This document shows, one piece after another, positions 53,849 through 61,802 of a DNA stretch of 64,000 bases. The notes beneath the pieces are model-generated. The model was not told the DNA's origin. It did not search any database and saw only the letters and a program-made list of their open reading frames with translations. The position numbers were made by a program, and so were the translations under genes. Source of the stretch: a virus (lineage: Duplodnaviria; Caudoviricetes); the IMG/VR virus record IMGVR_UViG_3300020577_010873, positions 9,989 through 73,988 of that record. One strand, written 5' to 3'. Each line of letters starts with the position of its first letter. Position 1 is the first letter of the stretch.

Positions 53849-54325
53849 ATGAACCTCATCCGCTACATCACCCGCCGCTGCTGGCGCCACGTCGAGATCG
53901 TCCAGGCGGGCATCCGCGGCATGCGCTACCGACGTACCATCGGGGCTCCGTGGATCCGAGATGCACTCCTCCTTCCCATCCGCGCCCTCATGCTCTGGCG
54001 CACCACCACGCCCTTCGGCCTCTGGCGTAACCGCATCCGCGCCTGCCGCGCCTGCCCCATGTACGACCCGGTCCACCGGGTGTGCGGAAACCACGACGGC
54101 ATCGCCACGCTCTCCATCCCAGCCATCTTCGACGGCGAGTTCGGCATCCCCTGCGGCTGCCGCTGCAAGGTCGGAGTCCGCGCCTCCCACCCAAACGCCC
54201 TGTGCTTCATCGCCACCATCGAGTTCCCCAAGAACTATCGACACCCCGGCAACTGGAGGTTATTCAACCTTTCGCTTGACGGTCGGTGCAATACAAAGCA
54301 ACCTCCGAACCGGCAGCAGAAATGA
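53849..54325 (+). CDS. Cys/Arg-rich hypothetical protein
   Basis: CRACPMY...CG...CGCRC...C motif cluster. Confidence 0.55.
   Translation: MNLIRYITRRCWRHVEIVQAGIRGMRYRRTIGAPWIRDALLLPIRALMLWRTTTPFGLWRNRIRACRACPMYDPVHRVCGNHDGIATLSIPAIFDGEFGIPCGCRCKVGVRASHPNALCFIATIEFPKNYRHPGNWRLFNLSLDGRCNTKQPPNRQQK
54285..54295 (+). promoter_or_regulatory. GGTGCAATACA motif copy just downstream of TTGACG
   Basis: TTGACG at 54276-81; the motif ends 26 bp before ATG 54322; lies inside the tail of the upstream ORF. Confidence 0.4.
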
Positions 54326-54633
54326 ACGCCGCACCCATCATACAACGGTTCCAAGAGATCGGCTTTTGGGATCCCGTTCATCGCCGCCCACTCTGCGGCT
54401 GGCTGCCCGTCATCTATGGATACTCCATCGTCCTCGGCCCAGCCCCAGTCCCTTGCCTCAACCTCTCCATTCGTGGCTGTTGGATCAACGGGCTCGCTTG
54501 GACAGGACCCGAAATTCCAATCGGAGCCCCCGCCGATCCCAACTGTCCCTACGCTCGGGCGTTCCGCGCTGCCAAACAGCACAAAGCAGGCAATGCTGGC
54601 GCGACTGCGGGTGGAAAGATCGCGCGTGCTTGA
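54322..54633 (+). CDS. Hypothetical protein
   Basis: MNAAPIIQRFQEIGFWDP...; ATGA-coupled. Confidence 0.5.
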   Translation: MNAAPIIQRFQEIGFWDPVHRRPLCGWLPVIYGYSIVLGPAPVPCLNLSIRGCWINGLAWTGPEIPIGAPADPNCPYARAFRAAKQHKAGNAGATAGGKIARA

Positions 54634-55016
54634 TGCCGGACGCTCGATCATCGACTCCGACTCAAATGACGACTTCATCCTCAGCGCCGTCCACGAACTC
54701 CGAGCCGATCGACACCAGATCGACTACGCCATCGACTTCGTCTCCAACTTCGGAGGAGGAGTCGACCAAGGACCGCGAGTTGGTGACGAGGTTGGGTGAG
54801 CGTTTCGCCAACCTCGCCAACATCGCCCTCGACCGCTACGAGACTCTCATGTCGGCCGATACCTCCCATTGGGACAAGATGGACGCCATCCGCCACCGCG
54901 CCCAACTCGCGACGGCCAAGGAAGCAGCGAAGTCCGCGCAGGGCATGATCGGAGTGATGTGCAAGCACGGCTTCATGCGCCCACCCAAGACGGGTGGAAA
55001 GAAACAGGAAGCATGA
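54633..55016 (+). CDS. Hypothetical protein (Ser/Thr-rich N-terminus, helical C-terminus)
   Basis: TGATG-coupled start; 127 aa. Confidence 0.55.
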   Translation: MPDARSSTPTQMTTSSSAPSTNSEPIDTRSTTPSTSSPTSEEESTKDRELVTRLGERFANLANIALDRYETLMSADTSHWDKMDAIRHRAQLATAKEAAKSAQGMIGVMCKHGFMRPPKTGGKKQEA

Positions 55017-55130
55017 TTTTCCGGGTCGCCATCGTATCGGACCACGAGGGCTTGGGCGCACGTGCCGCTACAAGCCGGGTTCATCACCCGGCCCATTGCA
55101 AGTCACAGCACGGACCCGGATTTCGGATTT

Positions 55131-55285
55131 CGAGCGGCGGCGTGGAAGGACACGCGGTTAATCGTTCCGAGGAAGCGGGCGTATCCTGCACTGCGAAAAA
55201 TCGTGGCACTCAAGCAAGCGCATCGGCCGATGTATGCAGCCGACCCACGGAAATCCTCAGCCGGTATCAAGCCCGGCCCGCTCGA
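55131..55285 (+). ncRNA. tRNA-shaped ncRNA with ~104-nt insert in place of the anticodon arm
   Basis: Acceptor CGAGCGG/CCGCTCG, D-arm GCGT-GGAAGGAC-ACGC, T-arm GCCGG-TATCAAGC-CCGGC; ends 3 nt before tRNA-Gly. Confidence 0.6.
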
Positions 55286-55288
55286 ATC

Positions 55289-55364
55289 GCACGCGTAGCT
55301 CAGTTGGTAGAGCGTCGGTCTTCCAAACCGACTGTCGCGGGTTCGATTCCCGCCGCGTGCTCCA
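55289..55364 (+). tRNA. tRNA-Gly(TCC)
   Basis: GCACGCG/CGCGTGC acceptor, U73, CCA; TCGGT-CTTCCAA-ACCGA anticodon arm; GGTTCGATTCC. Confidence 0.95.
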
Positions 55365-55368
55365 TTTC

Positions 55369-55459
55369 GTACCGACGGGGTGCAAGGCCCAATCTGCGTC
55401 GTGGTAATGCTAGCTACAGCCACGGCGTGGAAGTGGATAGAATCCACATCGGTACACCA
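55369..55459 (+). ncRNA. CCA-ending tRNA-like RNA without a recognisable anticodon arm
   Basis: GTACCGA/TCGGTAC acceptor + A + CCA; GGGT/GCCC D-like stem; CGTCGTGG/CCACGGCG hairpin; degenerate T-arm GTGG-ATAGAAT-CCAC. Confidence 0.55.
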
Positions 55460-55464
55460 ATTTC

Positions 55465-55881
55465 ATGAAGGTCACATTCAACCACCCCGACTCCCGCCAT
55501 GGATTCCCCGTCATCCTCAACGACGCGGGCGAACGCATGCCCGACGCCGAAGGACTCGAAGCGGGTCTCCGCATGACCGGCATCACCAAGTACCAGTTCT
55601 GCGGCGCACTCGGCGTCAGCGCCTCCGCCCTCTATTCCTACGGGCGGAACATCCGCATGCCCGCCAACGTCCTCAATCTCCTCGGCCTGCTGCTGGAGGC
55701 CAAGACGGAGAAGCAGCGCATGGCGGTACTCAAACTCCCCCGCCGATCCCCCGACGAGGCCAGGGTCTTCAAGATGCACGAGGTCGACGGTCTGTCCTTC
55801 GCCGAAATCGGTCGCCGCTTGGACCTCACCCGCGAGCGCGTCCGTCAGGTCTACAACTACTCCCAGGCCAAGATGCCATGA
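55465..55881 (+). CDS. Two-HTH transcriptional regulator (XRE-like + sigma70 region 4-like)
   Basis: GITKYQFCGALGVSASALYSY and GLSFAEIGRRLDLTRERVRQV. Confidence 0.75.
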   Translation: MKVTFNHPDSRHGFPVILNDAGERMPDAEGLEAGLRMTGITKYQFCGALGVSASALYSYGRNIRMPANVLNLLGLLLEAKTEKQRMAVLKLPRRSPDEARVFKMHEVDGLSFAEIGRRLDLTRERVRQVYNYSQAKMP

Positions 55882-56102
55882 GCACCGAGCACAAATGGCT
55901 CCCCAACTGGTACGCGACTCGGCTGCACGCCTACGCCGGCACATTCGGTCCTCCGAACGCCAGAAAATCCGAATGCGGAGCGTGGGTGCACCAAAAACCA
56001 CCGCATCCATGGGCTGAACGGCAACTGGCGATCGGCGTCCCGAGGTGTAAGAAGTGCGAGAAGAAGATCGCTCAAAAGTGTGCTCCTTTTTTGCCCACCT
56101 AA
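55878..56102 (+). CDS. Small Zn-finger-like protein
   Basis: H...CG...RCKKC; ATGA-coupled. Confidence 0.55.
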   Translation: MSTEHKWLPNWYATRLHAYAGTFGPPNARKSECGAWVHQKPPHPWAERQLAIGVPRCKKCEKKIAQKCAPFLPT

Positions 56103-56120
56103 GCCATACATTGCAACACC

Positions 56121-56504
56121 ATGAAAGCATCCCTCAAAATCCTCGCCACCCTGTCGGTCGTCCTCCTGTTCGGTCTCGTCTCCCGCTCAGCCGACCCGAC
56201 CATGATGGTCCTGCTCGTCTCCTGGCAGAACCCACCGGGCGGAGTTTCGCCCACGGGGTTCGTGCTCCAGAAGGCCACCGTCACGGCAGGCACCACCAAC
56301 TGGGCGTTCTCCCAGGGCGCCGCCGCGGGTGCGACGAACATTCTGGTCATCCAGCCCTACACGGCTGCCGAGATCGACTGGCGATTGGCTGCCACGAACT
56401 TCTACGGCACGTCCGAGTGGACCTACGCGCGGTCGCCCGTACCCACCCCGGGCGTGGGCGAAGTCCCGAAGGCCGTGATCAATCTCCAGATCATCCGCAA
56501 GTGA
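56121..56504 (+). CDS. Signal-peptide FN3-like protein
   Basis: Hydrophobic leader; LVSWQNPP...TGFVLQK...TNW...WRLAATNFYGTSEW; resembles 24202-24561. Confidence 0.65.
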   Translation: MKASLKILATLSVVLLFGLVSRSADPTMMVLLVSWQNPPGGVSPTGFVLQKATVTAGTTNWAFSQGAAAGATNILVIQPYTAAEIDWRLAATNFYGTSEWTYARSPVPTPGVGEVPKAVINLQIIRK

Positions 56505-56745
56505 GCATGCCGGCCAAGGCCCGCCCGCTGGACATCCAGCAGTCGGATCACGCTGAACGCGGACCACGGTGGTTCGGACTCCCCAAGCGTTGGTTCGATG
56601 CCGGGCGCGTTCGGTGCGAGCAAGGCCACGTCTCATCCGCCCACACCACCAACCAAATATCCGGAATGACCTGCATCGTCTGAGGGTCGACCGTCTGGCT
56701 CACCTTCCCCGAAGACCAAACCAAACCTCAAACCACACCAACACC

Positions 56746-57357
56746 ATGAAACGCCTCATCATCATCTTGTCCCTCCTGTTCGTCTCGATCGTCTCCCACG
56801 CCGCCGCGTGGTCCAAGACCTGCACGCTCTGGTTCAACAGCGTGGGGCCCAACATCGAACCGAACGGACTCACCAACTACTTCGAGCCGGCGAACCCGTC
56901 ACCGCTCCCGACGTACAAGATATTCGAGAACGTCTACACCTCCAGCGGTGAAACCGGACTGCCGCACCAGCACTACAACTTCCAAACCACGTGCGTCACC
57001 GGCTCGACCTACGTCTTCACCGACAACCACGTGACCGATCCCAACAGCCCGGCGCGAACGGCCACCGACTGCATCTTTGTCGAGTTCGTGAACTACGGCA
57101 TCCCCTACGCCGTGTGGCCCGGCGGGCATGCCGAACAGGTCAGCTTCACCGCGTACGTCCGGAACGCCCTCAACGGCCAGTACGTCTGCGCCAACGGCTA
57201 CCTCTGGCCGGGAGACTCGTGGTGCGTGTGGGCCGTCTACTTCAACTGGCAGCGACCGGATGAATTGCAGGTCGCGTTCGTCGACTCCGGAAATTGCACC
57301 TCCTACAACTGCCAACCGCAGAACATGCTCAACTACGAGCTTTTTTGGGGCCAATAG
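56746..57357 (+). CDS. Secreted Cys-containing beta protein
   Basis: MKRLIIILSLLFVSIVSHA|A leader; several Cys; start at ATG 56746. Confidence 0.7.
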   Translation: MKRLIIILSLLFVSIVSHAAAWSKTCTLWFNSVGPNIEPNGLTNYFEPANPSPLPTYKIFENVYTSSGETGLPHQHYNFQTTCVTGSTYVFTDNHVTDPNSPARTATDCIFVEFVNYGIPYAVWPGGHAEQVSFTAYVRNALNGQYVCANGYLWPGDSWCVWAVYFNWQRPDELQVAFVDSGNCTSYNCQPQNMLNYELFWGQ

Positions 57358-57386
57358 AGCAGTACATCGCAGCACCCAGCACTACC

Positions 57387-57776
57387 ATGCAACCCGCATC
57401 CCAAACCCAAGTCGGCGGTGACCACTACAAGAACATGGTCATCCAGCCCGTCGAGTTCATCAACCGCAACAAGATCGGCTACATCGAAGGCTCGGTCATC
57501 AAGTACGTCTGCCGGCACCGCTCCAAGAACGGGCGACAGGACTTGGAAAAGGCCAAGCACTTCATCGACCTCCTGATCGAGCAGGAGTACGGCGGAGTGC
57601 CCGTGGCGGACCACGACAGCGTGGTTCGAGAGACGCCCAAGTTCGACCCGAATGCTGTGATCCAGCCGAAGATTCCCGAGGCCCTTAAGTCTCTCACCTA
57701 CGACCAACTCATCGCCTTCGTTCGACACTTCAACTCCAAGGACGCCGACGCCGCCCAGGCCAAGGCAGCTTCATAA
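57387..57776 (+). CDS. DUF3310 (SaV-like) protein
   Basis: QVGGDHYK...IQPVEFI...EGSVIKYVCRHRSKNGRQDLEKAKHFIDLLI. Confidence 0.9.
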   Translation: MQPASQTQVGGDHYKNMVIQPVEFINRNKIGYIEGSVIKYVCRHRSKNGRQDLEKAKHFIDLLIEQEYGGVPVADHDSVVRETPKFDPNAVIQPKIPEALKSLTYDQLIAFVRHFNSKDADAAQAKAAS

Positions 57777-57791
57777 CCCGGCGATCGTCAC

Positions 57792-58013
57792 GTGATCTTC
57801 CGCCGCCTCGAAGGACGCCAGTGGAAGCTCGCGGACGCGCCCGCGGGCTCCGTCGGTCGTCCCGAGGACCACCCCATCCAATCCTGCCTCCTCTGCCACT
57901 TCTGGACACCAAACCCCACCAAATTCGACATCGGCCGCTGCGAGCAACTCGCCCAACCAACCCACCGCTTCTACGGAGTCTCCTGCCTCCAGTTCAAACC
58001 CAAGATCCAATGA
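57792..58013 (+). CDS. Small Cys-containing hypothetical protein
   Basis: CLLCHFW...GRC...SCLQF. Confidence 0.5.
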   Translation: MIFRRLEGRQWKLADAPAGSVGRPEDHPIQSCLLCHFWTPNPTKFDIGRCEQLAQPTHRFYGVSCLQFKPKIQ

Positions 58014-58270
58014 CACCATCCAAGGAACAAATCGAATCGGCGCTCAAGTCCAAGGAAACGAACGTCACGTCCTCCATCACCGTCAGCATCAAAGGACAGT
58101 CGTTCCCACTCACGCGCTCCCAGGCCGCGGACTTGCGCGACCAACTCAACGCCGCGCTCGGCGAAAGCCAATCGCGCCCGCTGTTCCCTCCTTCCGATTC
58201 ACCGTATCGGACCAATCCTCCATGGGAACGTCCGTGGTGGACCAAGGACATCATCTACTGCACTCGCTGA
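58010..58270 (+). CDS. Hypothetical protein
   Basis: MTPSKEQIESALK...; ATGA-coupled. Confidence 0.55.
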   Translation: MTPSKEQIESALKSKETNVTSSITVSIKGQSFPLTRSQAADLRDQLNAALGESQSRPLFPPSDSPYRTNPPWERPWWTKDIIYCTR

Positions 58271-58274
58271 TACC

Positions 58275-59420
58275 ATGAAATACACCCTCACCAAGTCCGA
58301 CGGACGACGAGCCTTGGCCGACGTCCTACGCCTCGCCCGCAAACCCGGAGACCTCATCGACGCCGCGAACCTCGAACTCGACCTCCCGGGCACCTGGGCC
58401 TACCCCGACCTGGGCTACCGCATGCTCGCCGCCGAGGTCGACCTGAACCTCAAGAACTGTCGGCTCTACCTGTCGTTCGGAGAAGCCGAACTCCGCACCC
58501 TCAACACCGATTCCGGCCAACTCGTCACTCGCCCCGATCGCGACATCCCCATGCTCTGGTGCGGGCGCTCCTCCAGGGTGTTCGCCGAGGGCACACGCTT
58601 CATCGTCAACGACGAGGACTTCCGTGATTGGAACGCCGGGGGCGTCCGCTTCGTCGACGGCGGCGACTGGGAGTTTCACGGAGGCGTCTTCGACGGTGGC
58701 CACGGGCTGCACACCCACACCGCGACCGAACGCGGTCTGAAGCTCCTGTCGCCCCACGGCAGCGAATGCTTCCTCCTCTCCAGCGACGGTCAGCCCGGCC
58801 GCATCCGCGTGAGTGACGTGGTGTTCAACGTCAAGGTCGACGGGTCCTACACCTCCTGCTGCATGATCGGTGGCAGCAAGCCGCTGGCCACGACCTTCAA
58901 GGACAGGACGACGGGAGAGATCAAGCCGATGGATTCCCACAATTTGCCTCTGGTCAAAAACGTCCAGTGCTTCGGCAATGACTACTGGTTCGCCTTCTCC
59001 GCCAATGTCCAACTCCCGCCCGAACTCTGGAACATCGGACCGGTCAGCTTCGAACACTGCCACTCCACCGGGGCTCGCCACTTCTTCTACAACGACACCG
59101 GCCACACATCGGCCCGCCTGTGGGACTGCAACCCAATGGCCACTACCTACGCGGACATCCGCATGGTCGGCGGCGTCGAGTCCGACCGACGCATCTTGTG
59201 CCTGTCTGAGTGCGATCTCGAAGCCGATTGCGCCATCAACCTCGAAGGCCCGGCACAGTCGATCGTGATGATCGACTGTCTGTCCTCGGTAAAATCCAAC
59301 CGTCTGGCGGTCATCGCCAACCCGGGCCACCGCGTGATCGTCGAGGGAGTGGATACACTCAAGGGCAAGTGCGCCTTCGTCCCCAACACCACCGACGCCG
59401 TTCCTCCGATCCTCATCTGA
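58275..59420 (+). CDS. Probable right-handed beta-helix protein, no signal peptide
   Basis: Repeating short strands (IRVSDVVF, LVKNVQCFG, VSFEHCHSTG, LCLSECDL, IVMIDCLS). Confidence 0.55.
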   Translation: MKYTLTKSDGRRALADVLRLARKPGDLIDAANLELDLPGTWAYPDLGYRMLAAEVDLNLKNCRLYLSFGEAELRTLNTDSGQLVTRPDRDIPMLWCGRSSRVFAEGTRFIVNDEDFRDWNAGGVRFVDGGDWEFHGGVFDGGHGLHTHTATERGLKLLSPHGSECFLLSSDGQPGRIRVSDVVFNVKVDGSYTSCCMIGGSKPLATTFKDRTTGEIKPMDSHNLPLVKNVQCFGNDYWFAFSANVQLPPELWNIGPVSFEHCHSTGARHFFYNDTGHTSARLWDCNPMATTYADIRMVGGVESDRRILCLSECDLEADCAINLEGPAQSIVMIDCLSSVKSNRLAVIANPGHRVIVEGVDTLKGKCAFVPNTTDAVPPILI

Positions 59421-59427
59421 ACCAACC

Positions 59428-59805
59428 ATGAACTCTGAAACCAAACCCAGTCCAATCGAAGTGCATCCGAACATCACCAACATCGCCCGAGTCTGCCACG
59501 CGGCCAACAAAGCGTGGTGCGAATCCAACGGCGACCACACCCAAAAGCCGTGGGAAGAAGCGGAACCGTGGCAACGCGAGTCCGCCATCCAAGGCGTCGA
59601 GTTCGCGCTGTCCAACCCCGAGGCTCCGGACTCCGCCCTACACGATGCGTGGGTAGTGGCCAAGCTACAGGACGGTTGGCAGTACGGCCCGGTGAAGGAC
59701 GCGGCCAAAAAGGAGCACCCGTGCATCGTGCCGTTCGAAGCACTACCCGAGTTCCAACGCAAGAAGGACTCCCTGTTCCGCTCCATTGTCAACGCCCTGA
59801 AGTAA
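59428..59805 (+). CDS. Phage RyR-domain protein
   Basis: IARVCHAANKAWC...PWEEAEPWQRES...HDAWVVAKLQDGWQYGPVKDAAKKEHPCIVPFEALPEFQRKKD. Confidence 0.85.
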   Translation: MNSETKPSPIEVHPNITNIARVCHAANKAWCESNGDHTQKPWEEAEPWQRESAIQGVEFALSNPEAPDSALHDAWVVAKLQDGWQYGPVKDAAKKEHPCIVPFEALPEFQRKKDSLFRSIVNALK

Positions 59806-59808
59806 TCC

Positions 59809-60252
59809 ATGAACTCCCGCATCTCGAAAATCACCGTCGGACGCCTGTTCAACCTCGGGAACTACGAACACGTCCGATACGAACTCACCGTCGACGTTCC
59901 CGAAAGCCAAAGCGCCACCGGGGCCATCACAGCCGTCGAGGCCATCCTCGAAGGCATGAAGCCGGTATCGCGCTGCGGCGTTCCTTCCCAATCCGAAATC
60001 GCCCATGCCGAAAAGAGCTTCCAGGCCATGCGTTCCATGAACGCCGTGGACTTCCAGCGCAACTACGGTCACTGCGAGGGAACGCAGGCCGAGATCATCG
60101 ACCGACACGAACAGTCGCTCGAAGAAGCGAAGACCAAGCGTGCATCCGCTCTCGCCACCGCCAAGCAGGCCCGCGCCCTGTTCGACGACCTCGGCGGAGC
60201 CTCCCAATGGAAGGACGCCAAACTCGACTGGGACGACGAACCCAACGTGTAA
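59809..60252 (+). CDS. Hypothetical protein
   Basis: 147 aa; strong phage codon bias. Confidence 0.7.
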   Translation: MNSRISKITVGRLFNLGNYEHVRYELTVDVPESQSATGAITAVEAILEGMKPVSRCGVPSQSEIAHAEKSFQAMRSMNAVDFQRNYGHCEGTQAEIIDRHEQSLEEAKTKRASALATAKQARALFDDLGGASQWKDAKLDWDDEPNV

Positions 60253-60275
60253 ACGATCCTCACAAGTTCACGACC

Positions 60276-61208
60276 ATGAAACTCATCCTCTCATCCTTCA
60301 TCCTGCTCCTCTCGTTCATCGCCAACTCAGGCACGCTCGTCGACAACGCCAACCTCCTCGGTCCGGAGGCCCAGCGTGTCCGCGAGGTCGTCAACAACGC
60401 CTCCCCAGTCTGGATCGAGACCCACGTCAGTCTGGCCGAACCACTGAATCACCGCGCCGACGGTCTCGCGATGTCCGGGTGGTCCTCGACCAAGACCAAC
60501 GCCTTCGCGATCGTCATCACCACCAACCCGCGGGCATGGCGAATCTCCATGTACCCCCAGGGCTGCGTCTCCTCCGAGTTCACACGCCAAGTCGGAGACG
60601 CGATGGCCGCGAAGTTCAAACAGGGCAAGTTCGCCGACGGCCTCATCCTGGCGACTCAAAAGCTCTCCACGCCCAACACCGCGTCGTTCTCGTGGGGCGA
60701 GTGGTGGCCCATCATCATGTGCGGAGTCATCGGACTGCTGATCGTCGGAATCATCATCTGGCTCTGTCGCCCGGCTCGTCGAGTCGACCAGCAGATCAAG
60801 GAACAACGCGAGAACATCCGCCGCACCCTCCGACCACCCGAGCAGGCCAAGGCCGACCGCGTGTTCAACCGCATGTCCCGCAACGAACGCGAGGTCTTCA
60901 TCGAAAGCCACCGCGACCACCCGTACTACCGCCAGGGCCTCCTCGACGACCCCGTCGGCTTCTACCTGTTCATGGACGCCATTCAGGGAAACAACCACTG
61001 CCACCACTCTCCAATCTCCTCCGCCTTCTCCTCTCCATCGGCGAGTAGTAGTGCCGGCTGGAGCGCGGTTCCGGGGCAGTGGCCGGCGCCGCCCAGCGTC
61101 AGCGACTCCTTCGGTTCCTCCGGATCGTACGACTCCGGGTCCTCCTCGTCCTTCAGCGACAGCGGAAGCTCCTTCTCCGACTCCTCGGGAAGTAGCGGAA
61201 ACTGGTAA
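60276..61208 (+). CDS. TPM-domain (YgcG-like) membrane protein
   Basis: Leader, LVDNANLL, AAKFKQGKFADGL, TM helix, Ser/Gly-rich tail ending SSGSSGNW; start at ATG 60276. Confidence 0.75.
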   Translation: MKLILSSFILLLSFIANSGTLVDNANLLGPEAQRVREVVNNASPVWIETHVSLAEPLNHRADGLAMSGWSSTKTNAFAIVITTNPRAWRISMYPQGCVSSEFTRQVGDAMAAKFKQGKFADGLILATQKLSTPNTASFSWGEWWPIIMCGVIGLLIVGIIIWLCRPARRVDQQIKEQRENIRRTLRPPEQAKADRVFNRMSRNEREVFIESHRDHPYYRQGLLDDPVGFYLFMDAIQGNNHCHHSPISSAFSSPSASSSAGWSAVPGQWPAPPSVSDSFGSSGSYDSGSSSSFSDSGSSFSDSSGSSGNW

Positions 61209-61298
61209 ACCTCAACCCGGCATCGCCTCGCATCGAACCTACCGCGGACGGCATCAAACTCTGACCAGTCATTCAGTATTCCTTAACAACTAATCACC

Positions 61299-61802
61299 AT
61301 GAAACGAACCATCGCATCCATCATCGCACTCGCCGCACTCATCCTCACACCCTCCTGCGCCTCACGCCGCGACGGCGCCACATCCGCCTACGCCTTCGAC
61401 ATCCCTACCAAGGATGGCGTCCGCAAGGTCCGCGTCCAGACCCCAAAGGAGTTCGAAATCGACTCCCTCTCCTTCGTCGCACCCGGCGGCGAGTCCTTCC
61501 AAGTCCACGGCCTCCGTACCACGGTCGACAAGAACGCCGTCCAGGCGGCGGTCATCAACCAGCAGACCCAGGCCCAGGTCTTCGCCTCCTTCGCCGACAT
61601 CGTCTCCAAGGCCACGGATGCCGCTCGCGTCGCCGCCGAGGGATACGCCAAAGCCCAGGGCGTGCCCGTCCAGACCGCCAAGCCATCGACCACCCAGCCG
61701 GCGCCGCAGGTCATCCAGCCGTTCTACACCCCAACACCGAACCTACCGCAAGGTGTCGTCGTTCCGAACGTCAACATCACCCCACGCCAGGATGCCCCGT
61801 GA
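61299..61802 (+). CDS. Lipoprotein
   Basis: MKRTIASIIALAALILTPSC lipobox-like leader. Confidence 0.65.
   Translation: MKRTIASIIALAALILTPSCASRRDGATSAYAFDIPTKDGVRKVRVQTPKEFEIDSLSFVAPGGESFQVHGLRTTVDKNAVQAAVINQQTQAQVFASFADIVSKATDAARVAAEGYAKAQGVPVQTAKPSTTQPAPQVIQPFYTPTPNLPQGVVVPNVNITPRQDAP

Noticed and set aside
55131-55459. tmRNA, tRNA-Sec or Ser/Leu type II tRNA identity for the tRNA-like RNAs
   Set aside because: Too short for tmRNA and no tag ORF seen; no TCA anticodon loop; no 5-bp stem with 7-nt loop at the anticodon position.
54869-55468. 199-aa ORF across the tRNA cluster
   Set aside because: Overlaps a canonical tRNA-Gly; non-protein-like sequence.
59514-60275. 5' extension of the TPM ORF given in the track (564 aa)
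   Set aside because: Overlaps two better genes (59428-59805, 59809-60252); the signal peptide begins at ATG 60276.
61299-61802. Lipoprotein as an o-spanin
   Set aside because: Far from the holin candidate, and no overlapping i-spanin gene.
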